Shown in pieces: positions 38,571 to 47,754 of a stretch of DNA of 63,532 nucleotides; positions within the stretch are counted from its first letter, which is position 1, and every line of letters starts with the position of its first letter. Source of the stretch: Acidimicrobiia bacterium (GTDB lineage Bacteria > Actinomycetota > Acidimicrobiia > IMCC26256 > PALSA-555); contig DATDGU010000175.1 of NCBI GenBank assembly GCA_036521915.1, forward strand, positions 1 through 63,532, given 5' to 3'. A program made the position numbers and the translations under genes. Below the pieces are notes generated by a model. The model was not told the origin of the DNA. It was given only the letters and a program-made list of their open reading frames with translations, and did no database searches.

Positions 38571-38966
38571 TTAGGCGGTGGCGACGCCTGGGGCGACCTG
38601 GCGCTTCGGGCTGTACTGGTAGTTCGTGACGAGGCTCACGGCGAGGACAGCCGCTCCAGCCGCCACGTAGAACGCGCTGATCCCGCCTTCGGCGCTGGCG
38701 AAGTTCAGTGCGAACGGCGCGACGATCAGCAGTAGTGCTGCCAGATAGTCGCCCGCTGAATGGATGGTGAACGGAAGCACCTTGACGACACCGAGGGGAT
38801 ACTTGGTGAGAGCACTCACGAGCAGCACCACGGCGCCGACGACGATGCCGGTACCCACCGCACCTGCCGATCCATTGACAGCCAGGGCGACGATGATGAG
38901 AAGGCCACCGACGGCATAGTCCGCGATGGCGTGGAACCACGCAGGCAGAAACTTGATCAAAGACAC
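38571..38966 (-). CDS. small 4-TM membrane protein with internal duplication
   Basis: 131 aa. Two homologous halves (FHAIADYAVGGLLIIVALAV / IHSAGDYLAALLLIVAPFAL). Confidence 0.65.
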   Translation of the reverse strand: MSLIKFLPAWFHAIADYAVGGLLIIVALAVNGSAGAVGTGIVVGAVVLLVSALTKYPLGVVKVLPFTIHSAGDYLAALLLIVAPFALNFASAEGGISAFYVAAGAAVLAVSLVTNYQYSPKRQVAPGVATA

Positions 38967-39123
38967 TGGGATCTCCTCCTCAGCATGACGTTCGTTGTCA
39001 GCTAGTTGGAGTTCGCCCGAACCCGGCTGGCGGATCAGTTGGTCGTGTCAAGGTTCCGTGCAGGTCATCCGCGTGCGACCGACTGGAGCGATCGCATCGA
39101 ACGTCGACTTCGAGCAGCCCTCC

Positions 39124-39151
39124 AAGCGCGGCGGGTTCGAAACCGCGAGTC
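39124..39151. repeat. hairpin repeat, decayed copy
   Basis: Right arm AACCGCGAGTC intact (39141-39151), left arm degenerate (AAGCGCGG). Immediately downstream of the stop at 39158. Confidence 0.45.
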
Positions 39152-39157
39152 CGTGCC

Positions 39158-39658
39158 TTACAGGCTTCCGCCGGCGAGGACCTTGTCGACGGCGTTCTGC
39201 TGCAGCGCCGCGTGACCGAGGCGGGTTGCGACGTAGCCCGCATTGAAGACCTGCCCGTCGTAGTTCGTCTTCAACCGGATGAGCGATGCGTGCTCCAGGA
39301 TCTGGACACCCTCGGCGACGAGGTCGGCCAGGACGAGGAGCTGGTGCTCGGGTGTGCCCGGCTGAGCCTGCGCCTGTGCCTTGTGCACCTGCGCCTTGAC
39401 GGTCGAGTCCCGCAGTGTGAAGTCCGGTCGGGGAAAGAAGTCGTCGGCGATTCCCGGCACATCGCTGCCGTCGGCCGTCGGGTCGTAGTCAGCCGAGAAC
39501 CCCTTCGCCATCACCTCCGACGCCAGCTGGACGAGCGTCAGCCCCTGGAGCCGGGCCACCTCTGCGTCAAGCTGCGGATTCGAGTCACCCGGCGCTGACT
39601 GCTGGTCGGACTGCTGGTCCTGGTCGTCCTCGACCTTGTTCCTGCCAAACGGCGACAT
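39158..39658 (-). CDS. hypothetical protein
   Basis: 166 aa. Acidic/Gln-rich N-terminus, good GC3 bias, no recognised motif. Confidence 0.6.
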   Translation of the reverse strand: MSPFGRNKVEDDQDQQSDQQSAPGDSNPQLDAEVARLQGLTLVQLASEVMAKGFSADYDPTADGSDVPGIADDFFPRPDFTLRDSTVKAQVHKAQAQAQPGTPEHQLLVLADLVAEGVQILEHASLIRLKTNYDGQVFNAGYVATRLGHAALQQNAVDKVLAGGSL

Positions 39659-39714
39659 GGCTGTCCCTCCGCCATCTCGGCGAGCCCACAGGGTGTTCTT
39701 GGCTCGGCAGCGTG

Positions 39715-40791
39715 CTAGCTCTGCGCGACGAGGACGCTCGACCTCGACCGTGCGGATCGGACCTCACCCCAGGTGACGAGGCGTCCGGCATCCTCATCCC
39801 AGACCTTCAGACGCACCGTCTTCAGGCCGGTCCAGAGCGAGACCTTGGGCACGGTCTCGAAGATCGGTGCTTGATCGTTGGCGCGTTGGAGGTTGTAGTT
39901 CGGAACCTTCGGGTTGAGGTGGTGAACGTGGTGCAGCCCGATGTTGCCGGTGAAGAACTGCAGGACTCGCGGGAGCTTCAGGTACGAGCTCCCGCGGAGT
40001 GCCGCGTCGACGTAGTTCCAGTCAGGCGTGCGCTGCCACCACGTGTCGTCAAACTGGTGCTGAACGAAGAAGAGCCAGAGCCCGGCGCCGCCGGCGAGTG
40101 GAATCAGGGGCGCTTCGACGAGCAGAAACGCCTGCCATCCGATCAGCCAGCAGAGCCCGCCGACCAGCAACACGAGCATGAGGTCCGTTCCGTACACACT
40201 GCGCTTGATCCGTGAGGCGGCGGAACGGCTCGTCCAGCGCGGCTCGATCAGCATCGCCCAGATGGGGCCGACGCCGAACATCACGAGCGGGTTCCGGAAC
40301 AGCCGGTATCCCAGCCGTCCCCTCCACGACTTGGCGTTGTACTCGGCCATCGTGAGGGTTGGCACGTCCCCGATGCCACGCCGGTCCAGGTCGCTACCGG
40401 TCGCGTGGTGCCCGACGTGCTGGCGCCGCCACTCGGCGAACGGTGTGAACACGATGAGGGCGAGCCCGACACCGACCCACCCGTTGGCCCGTCGCCCCGG
40501 CAGGAGTGAGCCGTGCGCGCAGTCGTGAAAGAGGATGTAGGTACGAAGCAAGAAGCCGGCGGTCGGCACGGCCAGGGCGAGGACGAGCAGGTAAGAGACA
40601 CCGAGGGAGAGGTACATCAGCGTCCACAAAGCAACGAACGGGACGACCGAGGTGGCGAGTGCGAACACGCTGCGCTTGAGATCGGGGTGAGCCCAACGAT
40701 CGACGCTGTGCCTTGATGCCTGCTCCGAGGGTGCCCCTTCGGATCCGGGCGGGGCGTCGAGACTGGTCTCGCGCTCGTCGAGCAACTGCAT
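39715..40791 (-). CDS. membrane fatty acid desaturase
   Basis: Three His boxes HDCAHGS, HVGHHATG and HHVHHL. Start MQLLDE at 40791. Confidence 0.85.
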   Translation of the reverse strand: MQLLDERETSLDAPPGSEGAPSEQASRHSVDRWAHPDLKRSVFALATSVVPFVALWTLMYLSLGVSYLLVLALAVPTAGFLLRTYILFHDCAHGSLLPGRRANGWVGVGLALIVFTPFAEWRRQHVGHHATGSDLDRRGIGDVPTLTMAEYNAKSWRGRLGYRLFRNPLVMFGVGPIWAMLIEPRWTSRSAASRIKRSVYGTDLMLVLLVGGLCWLIGWQAFLLVEAPLIPLAGGAGLWLFFVQHQFDDTWWQRTPDWNYVDAALRGSSYLKLPRVLQFFTGNIGLHHVHHLNPKVPNYNLQRANDQAPIFETVPKVSLWTGLKTVRLKVWDEDAGRLVTWGEVRSARSRSSVLVAQS

Positions 40792-41130
40792 GCAAACCTC
40801 GGGCGTGTCTCGATGCACTACCGGTCTGGAGCAGCGCAGTCTGGGTGCCTCAGATCCGAGGCCACCCACACCCTAGCGGTCAGGGACGACCGCTGATAGC
40901 CAGGGACGTTGTGCTCATTGGGTATCCCGTCGCGACGGCCGGTCCAGGTCACTCGACGTCCGGTGGTACGCGATGGCGGCGCTGGCCGGCCGCGGGACGC
41001 GGAACCCGACAGACAGTTGAACGTTTGGCGAAGGGACCTCGGGTTGTGGGCCGGGGGAGTCGGATTGCGTGAGGCCTGCCGCTCGTCGTCATTCGCGACC
41101 CCATCGAGCCGCGTTGGGCTCGGACCGTCG

Positions 41131-41706
41131 TCAGGCTGACACGCGCTGCGTGGTCTCCGGCCACGGCCAATGTGCCGGGCGCTGCGGGGTCGGGACACGG
41201 CGACCACGCGCGGCGCTCCGCACCACGAAGGTGCCGGCGAGAAAGTCACCGCAGCGCCGATGCCCTGGTGTGAGGATCGCCAACCAGAGCGCGACCGGCA
41301 CGAGGAGCGCGATCCCGTCGACGACCCACGCGATCGAGCGGACGATCGACCGGGTGAGGCCTGGCGCCTGACCGTCGCGGCGCACGACACGGATCCGCAT
41401 CAGCAGCTTGCCGGGTGACGCCCCGGCCACGGCCTGCGGCAGGATGAACAGGACGACGACCAGGAGGACCGCGGTGCCGACGAACTCGTAGATGGCGCGA
41501 TCGGCCACCAGGTACCCCGTTGTTTTGAACTGGAAGCAGGTGTGACCGCCGGGCACGGGTTGAGGGCAACCTGCGGTGGTCTTCCGAACGTCGCCCGGGA
41601 TGACGAACAGGGCGAGAAGGATCAGGGTGATGAGGAGGAGATCGACGACGTAGGCCACGCAGCGGCGACCCACGACGCGTGTCGGATCGCCGCCGGGCGC
41701 GGTCAT
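41131..41706 (-). CDS. RDD family membrane protein
   Basis: Start MTAPGGD at 41706. RRCVAYVVDLLL and ASPGKLLMRIRVVRRDG are RDD hallmarks. Confidence 0.8.
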   Translation of the reverse strand: MTAPGGDPTRVVGRRCVAYVVDLLLITLILLALFVIPGDVRKTTAGCPQPVPGGHTCFQFKTTGYLVADRAIYEFVGTAVLLVVVLFILPQAVAGASPGKLLMRIRVVRRDGQAPGLTRSIVRSIAWVVDGIALLVPVALWLAILTPGHRRCGDFLAGTFVVRSAARGRRVPTPQRPAHWPWPETTQRVSA

Positions 41707-41707
41707 C

Positions 41708-42160
41708 TCAAGCCCCGAAGTCCATGTGCATCCGCCGTGCCGGCCCAAATCGCGTGGTCGCCACACCGTCATCCAGGAATCCGACCCGCAAGTAGAAGTC
41801 GAGCGCATGGGGGTTGGCGGTGACCACGAGACGCCGAGCTCCGTGGGCGCGGGCGATGAGCACCGCGTCGCTGATCAGCGCCGACGCGACGCCCTGTCGC
41901 ATCGAGCTCGGGTCCACGAAGAGGTGCTCGAGCTCCGCGACGGTGTCGGTGCTCTCGAGCGTGGCGAACCCGACGATCTGGGGGCCTCGCGTGGCGACAC
42001 GAGTTCGTGCCTGCACGCCCTCGCTCCACGGGAACGCGAGGGCGTCAGGGTGCTCCAGCAGATGGGGCTGATCGCCGACGTTGGACAGGGACGAGCGGCG
42101 ATAGAGGTCGGCGAGCGCTGCACCATCCGGAGCTTGCGCAGGGCGAACGTCGCAGGGCAC
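41708..42160 (-). CDS. GNAT family N-acetyltransferase
   Basis: 150 aa. Acetyl-CoA motif LFVDPSSMRQGVASALISDAV...FYLRVGF. Confidence 0.85.
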   Translation of the reverse strand: MPCDVRPAQAPDGAALADLYRRSSLSNVGDQPHLLEHPDALAFPWSEGVQARTRVATRGPQIVGFATLESTDTVAELEHLFVDPSSMRQGVASALISDAVLIARAHGARRLVVTANPHALDFYLRVGFLDDGVATTRFGPARRMHMDFGA

Positions 42161-42273
42161 GCCGTGAGTATGTCGGCCTTGCCCAGCAGTGGCGTGCGAA
42201 TGCGTCCCGGTGGCGGCCGCGGGCGCGACGCCCCGCCCTCTCGGGTCGGGCGGAGAGGTTTGTCCGACGGGGT

Positions 42274-42300
42274 GACTCGCGATCTGGGAGACCGCGAGTC
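42274..42300. repeat. hairpin repeat copy
   Basis: GACTCGCGATC-TGGGA-GACCGCGAGTC. Confidence 0.9.
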
Positions 42301-42349
42301 GGCGTCGCGGACCCGAACGCGCGTAGGCGTCAGCCGCGTCCGGATCTGA

Positions 42350-42529
42350 TCAGGTGGCCTCGACCTCTTCGATCGGCCAGGCCGCCGGAACCCGGAGGGT
42401 CGCGACGCCGTCCGGCGTTGTCGCGCCGACCAGGACCCGCATATCGCCGTCATTCTCGATCCTCTCGGCGTCGAACACGATCGGTGTCGAGCTCTCGCCT
42501 GAGCCGGGCAGCACGCGGTAGGTGGGCAT
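42350..42529 (-). CDS. small hypothetical protein (59 aa, below ORF-track cutoff)
   Basis: My own translation: MPTYRVLPGSGESSTPIVFDAERIENDGDMRVLVGATTPDGVATLRVPAAWPIEEVEAT*. High GC3, weak SD, bracketed by repeat copies at 42274 and 42667. Confidence 0.3.
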   Translation of the reverse strand: MPTYRVLPGSGESSTPIVFDAERIENDGDMRVLVGATTPDGVATLRVPAAWPIEEVEAT

Positions 42530-42666
42530 GGTCGTGAGCCTAGAAGGGGAATCGCTCTGCGGATCGGGCGGGGCGGTCAGACGGGCTCGAACTCGTCCAT
42601 GTGCTGGCGGGTACCGCTCATCAGCTGGGTGCGGACCTCGTGTGACCCGAGGGGGTTCCGCGGTTT

Positions 42667-42692
42667 ATCTCGCGGTCTATGGATCGCGAGTC
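42667..42692. repeat. hairpin repeat copy
   Basis: ATCTCGCGGTC-TATG-GATCGCGAGTC (outer two bases of the left arm differ). Confidence 0.8.
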
Positions 42693-42788
42693 AGCAACGC
42701 CCTGTCCGCGGGATGCCGCGAGTACCAGTGCAGTAGCGTCCGAACCCCAGTTCGGCGAGAGAACGAGCCAGCAGGTCGAGGAGGCACG

Positions 42789-43085
42789 ATGATCGGTGTC
42801 AACGTCATTTTTGACTACGACGGCGATTTTGATCGCTCGCGCGTCGTCGAAGTGGCCGAGAACGCCCGAGGGATGTTCGACGGCATGCCAGATCTGCGTT
42901 TCAAGTTCTTCACGTTCGACGAGAAAGAGCAGCGGGCAACGAATTTCTACGTCTGGGAATCGAAGGACGCAGCCGAGGCCTTCTTCTCGGAGGAGCTACG
43001 ACAGCGGGTAACCGGCCTTTACGGAGTCGGACCGAACATCGAGTTCGTGGAGATAGCCCAGATCGTCGACAACTCGGGTTCGTAG
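42789..43085 (+). CDS. YdhR-like putative monooxygenase (Dabb/ABM fold)
   Basis: ATG 42789 after GAGGAGG. 98 aa with the pattern ...GMPDLRFKFFTFDEKEQRATNFYVWESKDAAEAFF..., reminiscent of E. coli YdhR. Visibly lower GC3. Confidence 0.6.
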   Translation: MIGVNVIFDYDGDFDRSRVVEVAENARGMFDGMPDLRFKFFTFDEKEQRATNFYVWESKDAAEAFFSEELRQRVTGLYGVGPNIEFVEIAQIVDNSGS

Positions 43086-43250
43086 TTGCGCTGCCGTAGC
43101 AATTGCCATTAGTTGGATGACTGCACGGCATCAGCACAGCGAGCTGCCGCCAGCGCTACTTGCGTTGGTCGGGGCCTTGCTGGGTCACGACACCGGCGGG
43201 CTCACATCTGTTGGCTTCAGAAGTTCTGTCCAGCTCAACTGGCGTGGGGT

Positions 43251-43277
43251 GACTCGCGATCTGGTAGACCGCGTCCA
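43251..43277. repeat. hairpin repeat, right arm decayed
   Basis: GACTCGCGATC-TGGTA-GACCGCGTCCA. Confidence 0.6.
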
Positions 43278-43324
43278 GGTTCGGCCTCTGATGGCTGTGC
43301 CAACGCTTGGCGTGGGGGTGGTTC

Positions 43325-46300
43325 GTGACTGACACGCAGACGGCGACGGTCCTGTTCACGGACATGGTGGGTTCGACGGAACTGGCATCGCGTTTGGAAC
43401 CCGCGACCGGCGACCGGGTCCGGCAGACGCACTTCGGGGTTCTGCGCCGGGCGTTAGCGGCCACTGGGGGCTCGGAGGTCAAGGGAACGGGCGATGGAGT
43501 GATGGCCGTGTTTTCCTCGATGGCGTCAGCGTTGACATGCGCCGTTGCGATGCAGCAAGGCGTGGACGAAGAGAACCGTCGTTCCGGGGTTCCGGTGGGG
43601 TTGCGCGTCGGCATGAGTGTCGGGGAGGTCACCCCCGAAGACGCGGATTTCTACGGAGACCCGGTCATTGAGGCGGCCCGACTCTGCGCGCTCGCAGAAG
43701 GTGGGCAAATCCTCGTGACGGAGGCGGTGCGGGTCGTCGCTGGTCGCCGCGCCGCGCACCTCTTTATTGACTTGGGCGAGCGCGAGCTAAAGGGACTGCC
43801 GACACCGATCCCGGTCCTTGAGCTGGGTTGGGAGCCCCTCGCCGTGGAAGCAACGGTTCCGGGGGTCGTCCCCTTACCGGCTCGGCTGGCCCATCGACCA
43901 GCGGTAGGGGTGATTGGACGCGACCAGCAGCTCGGCTTGCTCGCGGACGCCGCGAAGCGGGTGGCGGCGGGGACCGGTCGTGAAGTGGTTCTCATTGGTG
44001 GTGAGCCGGGCGAGGGCAAGACAACTCTGGTAGCCGAGGCGGCCCGCACCATGCGAACCAACGGGATGACAGTGCTGCTAGGTCGCAGCGACGAGGACCT
44101 GGGCTCCCCGTACAAGCCCTTCGCAGAAGCGCTTCGCCATTACGTCGTTCATGCCGACGAGGATGTGCTCGCTTCCCATGTACGCGCACATGGCGGTGAA
44201 CTCGCCCTCCTCGTGCCCGCGCTGCGAGAGCGTGTCAGTGAGCTCCCAATGACGGTGAGCAGTGATGCCGAGACCGAGCGCTACCTGCTCTATAGCGCGG
44301 TTGCCGGGCTGCTGGACGGAGCGAGCGTTGACTCACCGATCGTTCTGGTGCTCGATGACCTGCATTGGGCAGACAAGCCCAGCCTGCAGCTGCTCCGATA
44401 CCTCGTTGCCCATGTCGCATCCAAGCGCCTGCTGATCTTGGGCACCTACCGCGACGCCGAACTCTCCACCTCGCATCCCCTGACGGAGACGCTCGCCGCA
44501 TTGCGCCGCGAGCCCGCCGTGACGCGGATCGACCTGAGGGGTTTGGACGACAACGGTGTCGTCCTCTTCATGGAGTCCGCGGCCGGACACGAGCTGGACG
44601 ACGACGCCCTGAAGCTTGCTCATGCGTTGTATCGGGAGACAGACGGCAACCCGTTCTTCGTAGCCGAAGTGCTGCGTCACCTGTCCGAGACGGGCGCCAT
44701 CGTGCGGGACGGCAGCGGACGCTGGGTCAACACCCGAGGGGATGAGGCGCCCGCGCTTCCCGAGAGCGTGCGCGAGGTGATCGGCGCGAGGGTGTCTCGG
44801 ATCGGCGGCGCCGCGACTGAGGTGCTATCGACTGCGAGCGTCATTGGACGGGACTTCGAGCTGGACCTGCTCGCCGAAGCGAGCGGACAGGACGAGGACC
44901 CTCTGCTCGACCTGCTCGACCAAGCCAAGGGCGCCGCGCTCGTCCGGGAACTCCCCGGCGGTCCTGGCCGCTACACCTTCGCTCACGCCCTCATCCAGCA
45001 CACGCTCTACGAGGATTTGGGAATCACTCGCCGCGCCCGCGCCCACCTCCAAGTCGGCGAAGCCTTGGAGCGGCTCCACGGCGACCAGCCGGCACGAATC
45101 AGCGAGCTCGCTCGACACTTCCTTCTTGCCAGCCGTCCGAGCGAGACCGAGAAGGCCAGCGTCTATGCCCGCCGAGCCGGCGACGCCGCGCTGGCGGCGC
45201 TCGCCCCCGACGACGCCCTCCACTACTACACCCAGGCCCTCGACCTCCTCGCCCAATGGACGACCGCCGATCCGGCCACGGTCATCGATCTGCAGATCGG
45301 ACTTGGCACGGCCCAGCGGCAAGCGGGCAAACCCGAGTTCCGAGCCACGCTCCTCGACGCGGCTCGCAACGCACGGCAGCACCACAAGACCGAGCGCCTG
45401 GTGGCTGCAGCGCTTGCCAACCACCGAGGATTCGTCGCCGCGCTCGGCGCCATCGATACCGAACGTGTCGAGATCCTCGAGGCCGCCCTCGAGGCTCTCG
45501 CAACCGCCGATAGCCCGCAGCGCGCCCGTGTCCTCTCAACGCTGTGTTCCGAACTCACCTTTGGCCCACTAGAGCGACGCCGTGCCCTGGCAACCGAGGC
45601 GAAGGCCATGGCTCGGCGTCTCGGCGACCCGGCGACGCTCGTCGCGGTCACCGACGACTGCGCGGTTGCCCTACGAATCCCCGCGCTTCTTGCCGAGTCG
45701 CTCGCCGATGAGAAGGACGCACTCGCACTGACCGAGCTGTTGGGGGATCCCGTCAGTCGGCTCTGGTGTGCGAGCAATCTCAAGATCGAAGCGGCGCGAG
45801 CCGGTGCCTTCGAGCTGTCCGACCAGAGCCTCGCCACCGTGACAGCAATCAGCGAAGAGCTCCAACAACCGCTCCTGCTCTGGATCGCGAGCTTCAACCA
45901 GGCATCCCAGGCGCTCCGACACGGCGACACGAGCCGAGCAGAAGAGCTCGCCACAAGAGCGCTCGAGGTCGCTGCCGACAGCGGCCAACCCGACGCTCTT
46001 GAGTTCTACGGCGTCCAACTCATGGAGATCCGATACCAGCAAGGCAGGATGGGAGAACTCGCATCGCCGGTCGCCGAAGTCGCCGAACAGAACCCCGGAT
46101 TGCCTGTCTATCGGTCGGTCCTGTGTTTGGCGGAGCTCGAGGCGGGCCACACGAATCGCGCCAGCAAGTTACTTGAGCAAGCAGCGAACGACCAGTACCC
46201 GCTCCCGATGGACACGTCGTGGCTTGCCGGCATGATCTGCTGGGCGCGCGTCGCCATTGAACTCGGTGCACCGGGACCGTCCGCGCAGTTGCTCGAGTTG

Positions 46301-46630
46301 CTCGTGCCGTACCACGGTCAGCTACAGGAGAGCGGTGCTGTTGTTCATGAGCCGGTTGCCGCGATTGTCGCCGGACTTGCTGGCGTCGTCGGTGACGTGT
46401 CGACAGCCGAAGGGTTCTTCCACGAGGCGAACGAGCTCAACGAGAAAGGAGCGATGAACCACGCCGACGCCCAAACCAAACTGTGGTGGGGGCGCACGCT
46501 TCTCGCGCGATCGGGGCCGGGGGATCGCGAGCAGGCCCGAAGCCTGCTGGAGCGCGCTCGGCGGACTGCGAAGGACCGCGGCTACACGGCAATCGAACGG
46601 AGGGCCGTCGCTGCGCTCGAGAACTGCTAG
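43325..46630 (+). CDS. class III cyclase domain - AAA/STAND NTPase - TPR-like repeat protein
   Basis: N-terminal cyclase (VLFTDMVGST, VKGTGDGVMAVF, YGDPVIEAARL), Walker A GGEPGEGKTTLV, Walker B IVLVLDDLHWAD, then about 600 aa of helical/TPR-like repeats. No C-terminal LuxR HTH. Start GTG 43325 (or 43307). Confidence 0.9.
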   Translation: MTDTQTATVLFTDMVGSTELASRLEPATGDRVRQTHFGVLRRALAATGGSEVKGTGDGVMAVFSSMASALTCAVAMQQGVDEENRRSGVPVGLRVGMSVGEVTPEDADFYGDPVIEAARLCALAEGGQILVTEAVRVVAGRRAAHLFIDLGERELKGLPTPIPVLELGWEPLAVEATVPGVVPLPARLAHRPAVGVIGRDQQLGLLADAAKRVAAGTGREVVLIGGEPGEGKTTLVAEAARTMRTNGMTVLLGRSDEDLGSPYKPFAEALRHYVVHADEDVLASHVRAHGGELALLVPALRERVSELPMTVSSDAETERYLLYSAVAGLLDGASVDSPIVLVLDDLHWADKPSLQLLRYLVAHVASKRLLILGTYRDAELSTSHPLTETLAALRREPAVTRIDLRGLDDNGVVLFMESAAGHELDDDALKLAHALYRETDGNPFFVAEVLRHLSETGAIVRDGSGRWVNTRGDEAPALPESVREVIGARVSRIGGAATEVLSTASVIGRDFELDLLAEASGQDEDPLLDLLDQAKGAALVRELPGGPGRYTFAHALIQHTLYEDLGITRRARAHLQVGEALERLHGDQPARISELARHFLLASRPSETEKASVYARRAGDAALAALAPDDALHYYTQALDLLAQWTTADPATVIDLQIGLGTAQRQAGKPEFRATLLDAARNARQHHKTERLVAAALANHRGFVAALGAIDTERVEILEAALEALATADSPQRARVLSTLCSELTFGPLERRRALATEAKAMARRLGDPATLVAVTDDCAVALRIPALLAESLADEKDALALTELLGDPVSRLWCASNLKIEAARAGAFELSDQSLATVTAISEELQQPLLLWIASFNQASQALRHGDTSRAEELATRALEVAADSGQPDALEFYGVQLMEIRYQQGRMGELASPVAEVAEQNPGLPVYRSVLCLAELEAGHTNRASKLLEQAANDQYPLPMDTSWLAGMICWARVAIELGAPGPSAQLLELLVPYHGQLQESGAVVHEPVAAIVAGLAGVVGDVSTAEGFFHEANELNEKGAMNHADAQTKLWWGRTLLARSGPGDREQARSLLERARRTAKDRGYTAIERRAVAALENC

Positions 46631-46704
46631 CTGCGCCTTGAATGTCAACCCGTCTAGCGATGCCGGGCTCCACGAGGAAGCCATTCGATGCCGACCGGGC
46701 GGGT

Positions 46705-46730
46705 GACTCGCGGTCTGGGGACGGCGCGTC
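46705..46730. repeat. hairpin repeat, right arm decayed
   Basis: GACTCGCGGTC-TGGGG-ACGGCGCGTC. In the convergent junction between the cyclase-STAND and RDD genes. Confidence 0.6.
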
Positions 46731-46827
46731 GGATCGGCCGCGGCAGCGAGCGCTCAGATCGGACGTGACGGCAGCAGCAGCGTCGACTCCATCGGGTCGA
46801 TGATTGCCCCAGATGAGGCCAGGACGA

Positions 46828-47289
46828 TCAGTCGTACACCACGGCCGTGTTCGCCGCGACGTCGTGCAAGGCGCGGTGCTCTCGTCCGATGACGATCCCG
46901 ACGAGCCCGAGACCGAGGATGAACGAGAAGGGGAACACCAGCGTCCGCACGGCGGCCTTCCCTGCATGGAGCCTCGAGCCGTCGCGACGGACGACCTTGA
47001 CACCGAGCAGTCGCATGCCGGGCGTCTGGCCGACGGATGCCCAGCAGACGAAGTAGTAGAGGAAGAGCCACACGACCTCTGCTGGCACTGCGATGGCCGT
47101 CGACACCTGGATGTGCAGGGCCTTGCCGGTGACGAAATCCACGATGGCGATAACGGTCACGGTGATGACGGCGAGCAGGAGGTGCGAGACAAAGAGGTCA
47201 ACGATCCATGCCACGAGCCGGCTCAGCGGGCCGGCGTAGCACCCGCGCCGCGCCGTTACGGGGTCGTCAGGCTGTTTGACTTGCGTCAT
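46828..47289 (-). CDS. RDD family membrane protein
   Basis: Start MTQVKQPDD at 47289. LSRLVAWIVDLFV and GQTPGMRLLGVKVVRRDG are RDD hallmarks. Confidence 0.85.
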   Translation of the reverse strand: MTQVKQPDDPVTARRGCYAGPLSRLVAWIVDLFVSHLLLAVITVTVIAIVDFVTGKALHIQVSTAIAVPAEVVWLFLYYFVCWASVGQTPGMRLLGVKVVRRDGSRLHAGKAAVRTLVFPFSFILGLGLVGIVIGREHRALHDVAANTAVVYD

Positions 47290-47599
47290 CGATCTTGGGT
47301 CCTGGAGACGGACGCAGTGGCCGCCAATCGGGCGCGCGCCGCAGCACCCGGTCCACGATCCCGGTCGTCCAACCATCCAGGCGGGCGGCCTCATCTTGGG
47401 CGGCGTCAAGGGTGCGCCTCGATACTCGGCGGACCGATCGCTCGACCACGGCCTCGAGGTCGATGCGCTCGAGGATCGCGTTCATGTCGATCTGTTCGAG
47501 AACAGCGTTCAGATCGATGTGGCTGATCACCTGCTGGACGACCACGTCGACGGGCATCAGGAGCCTGTCGAGGGGCTTTGGATGTTGATCGTTTGCCAT
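47267..47599 (-). CDS. hypothetical protein with 3 x 9-aa tandem repeat
   Basis: Start MANDQHPKP at 47599. IDLNAVLEQ-IDMNAILER-IDLEAVVER is encoded by 3 x 27 nt at 47438-47518. 23-nt overlap with the RDD gene start. Confidence 0.55.
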   Translation of the reverse strand: MANDQHPKPLDRLLMPVDVVVQQVISHIDLNAVLEQIDMNAILERIDLEAVVERSVRRVSRRTLDAAQDEAARLDGWTTGIVDRVLRRAPDWRPLRPSPGPKIDDASQTA

Positions 47600-47727
47600 G
47601 ACCTGACTGTGTCGCACACGGGGCGCGCTGACGTCCAATCCGTTTGGACCTGGAGCGCTCTTGGGGTCCGGGAGCCAGAGGTCCCAACCTCTAGCTGCGA
47701 GCGCCAGGCGGCGCTCTGAGTGCCCTC

Positions 47728-47754
47728 GACTCGCGATCTCGGAGATCGCGAGTC
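47728..47754. repeat. hairpin repeat copy
   Basis: GACTCGCGATC-TCGGA-GATCGCGAGTC, effectively a 13+13 perfect palindrome around one G. Confidence 0.9.

Noticed and set aside
39124-39151. tRNA gene suggested by GGGTTCGAAACC (T-loop-like)
   Set aside because: The flanking sequence cannot form a 5-bp T-stem, an acceptor stem or the other cloverleaf arms on either strand. It is better explained as a decayed copy of the hairpin repeat.
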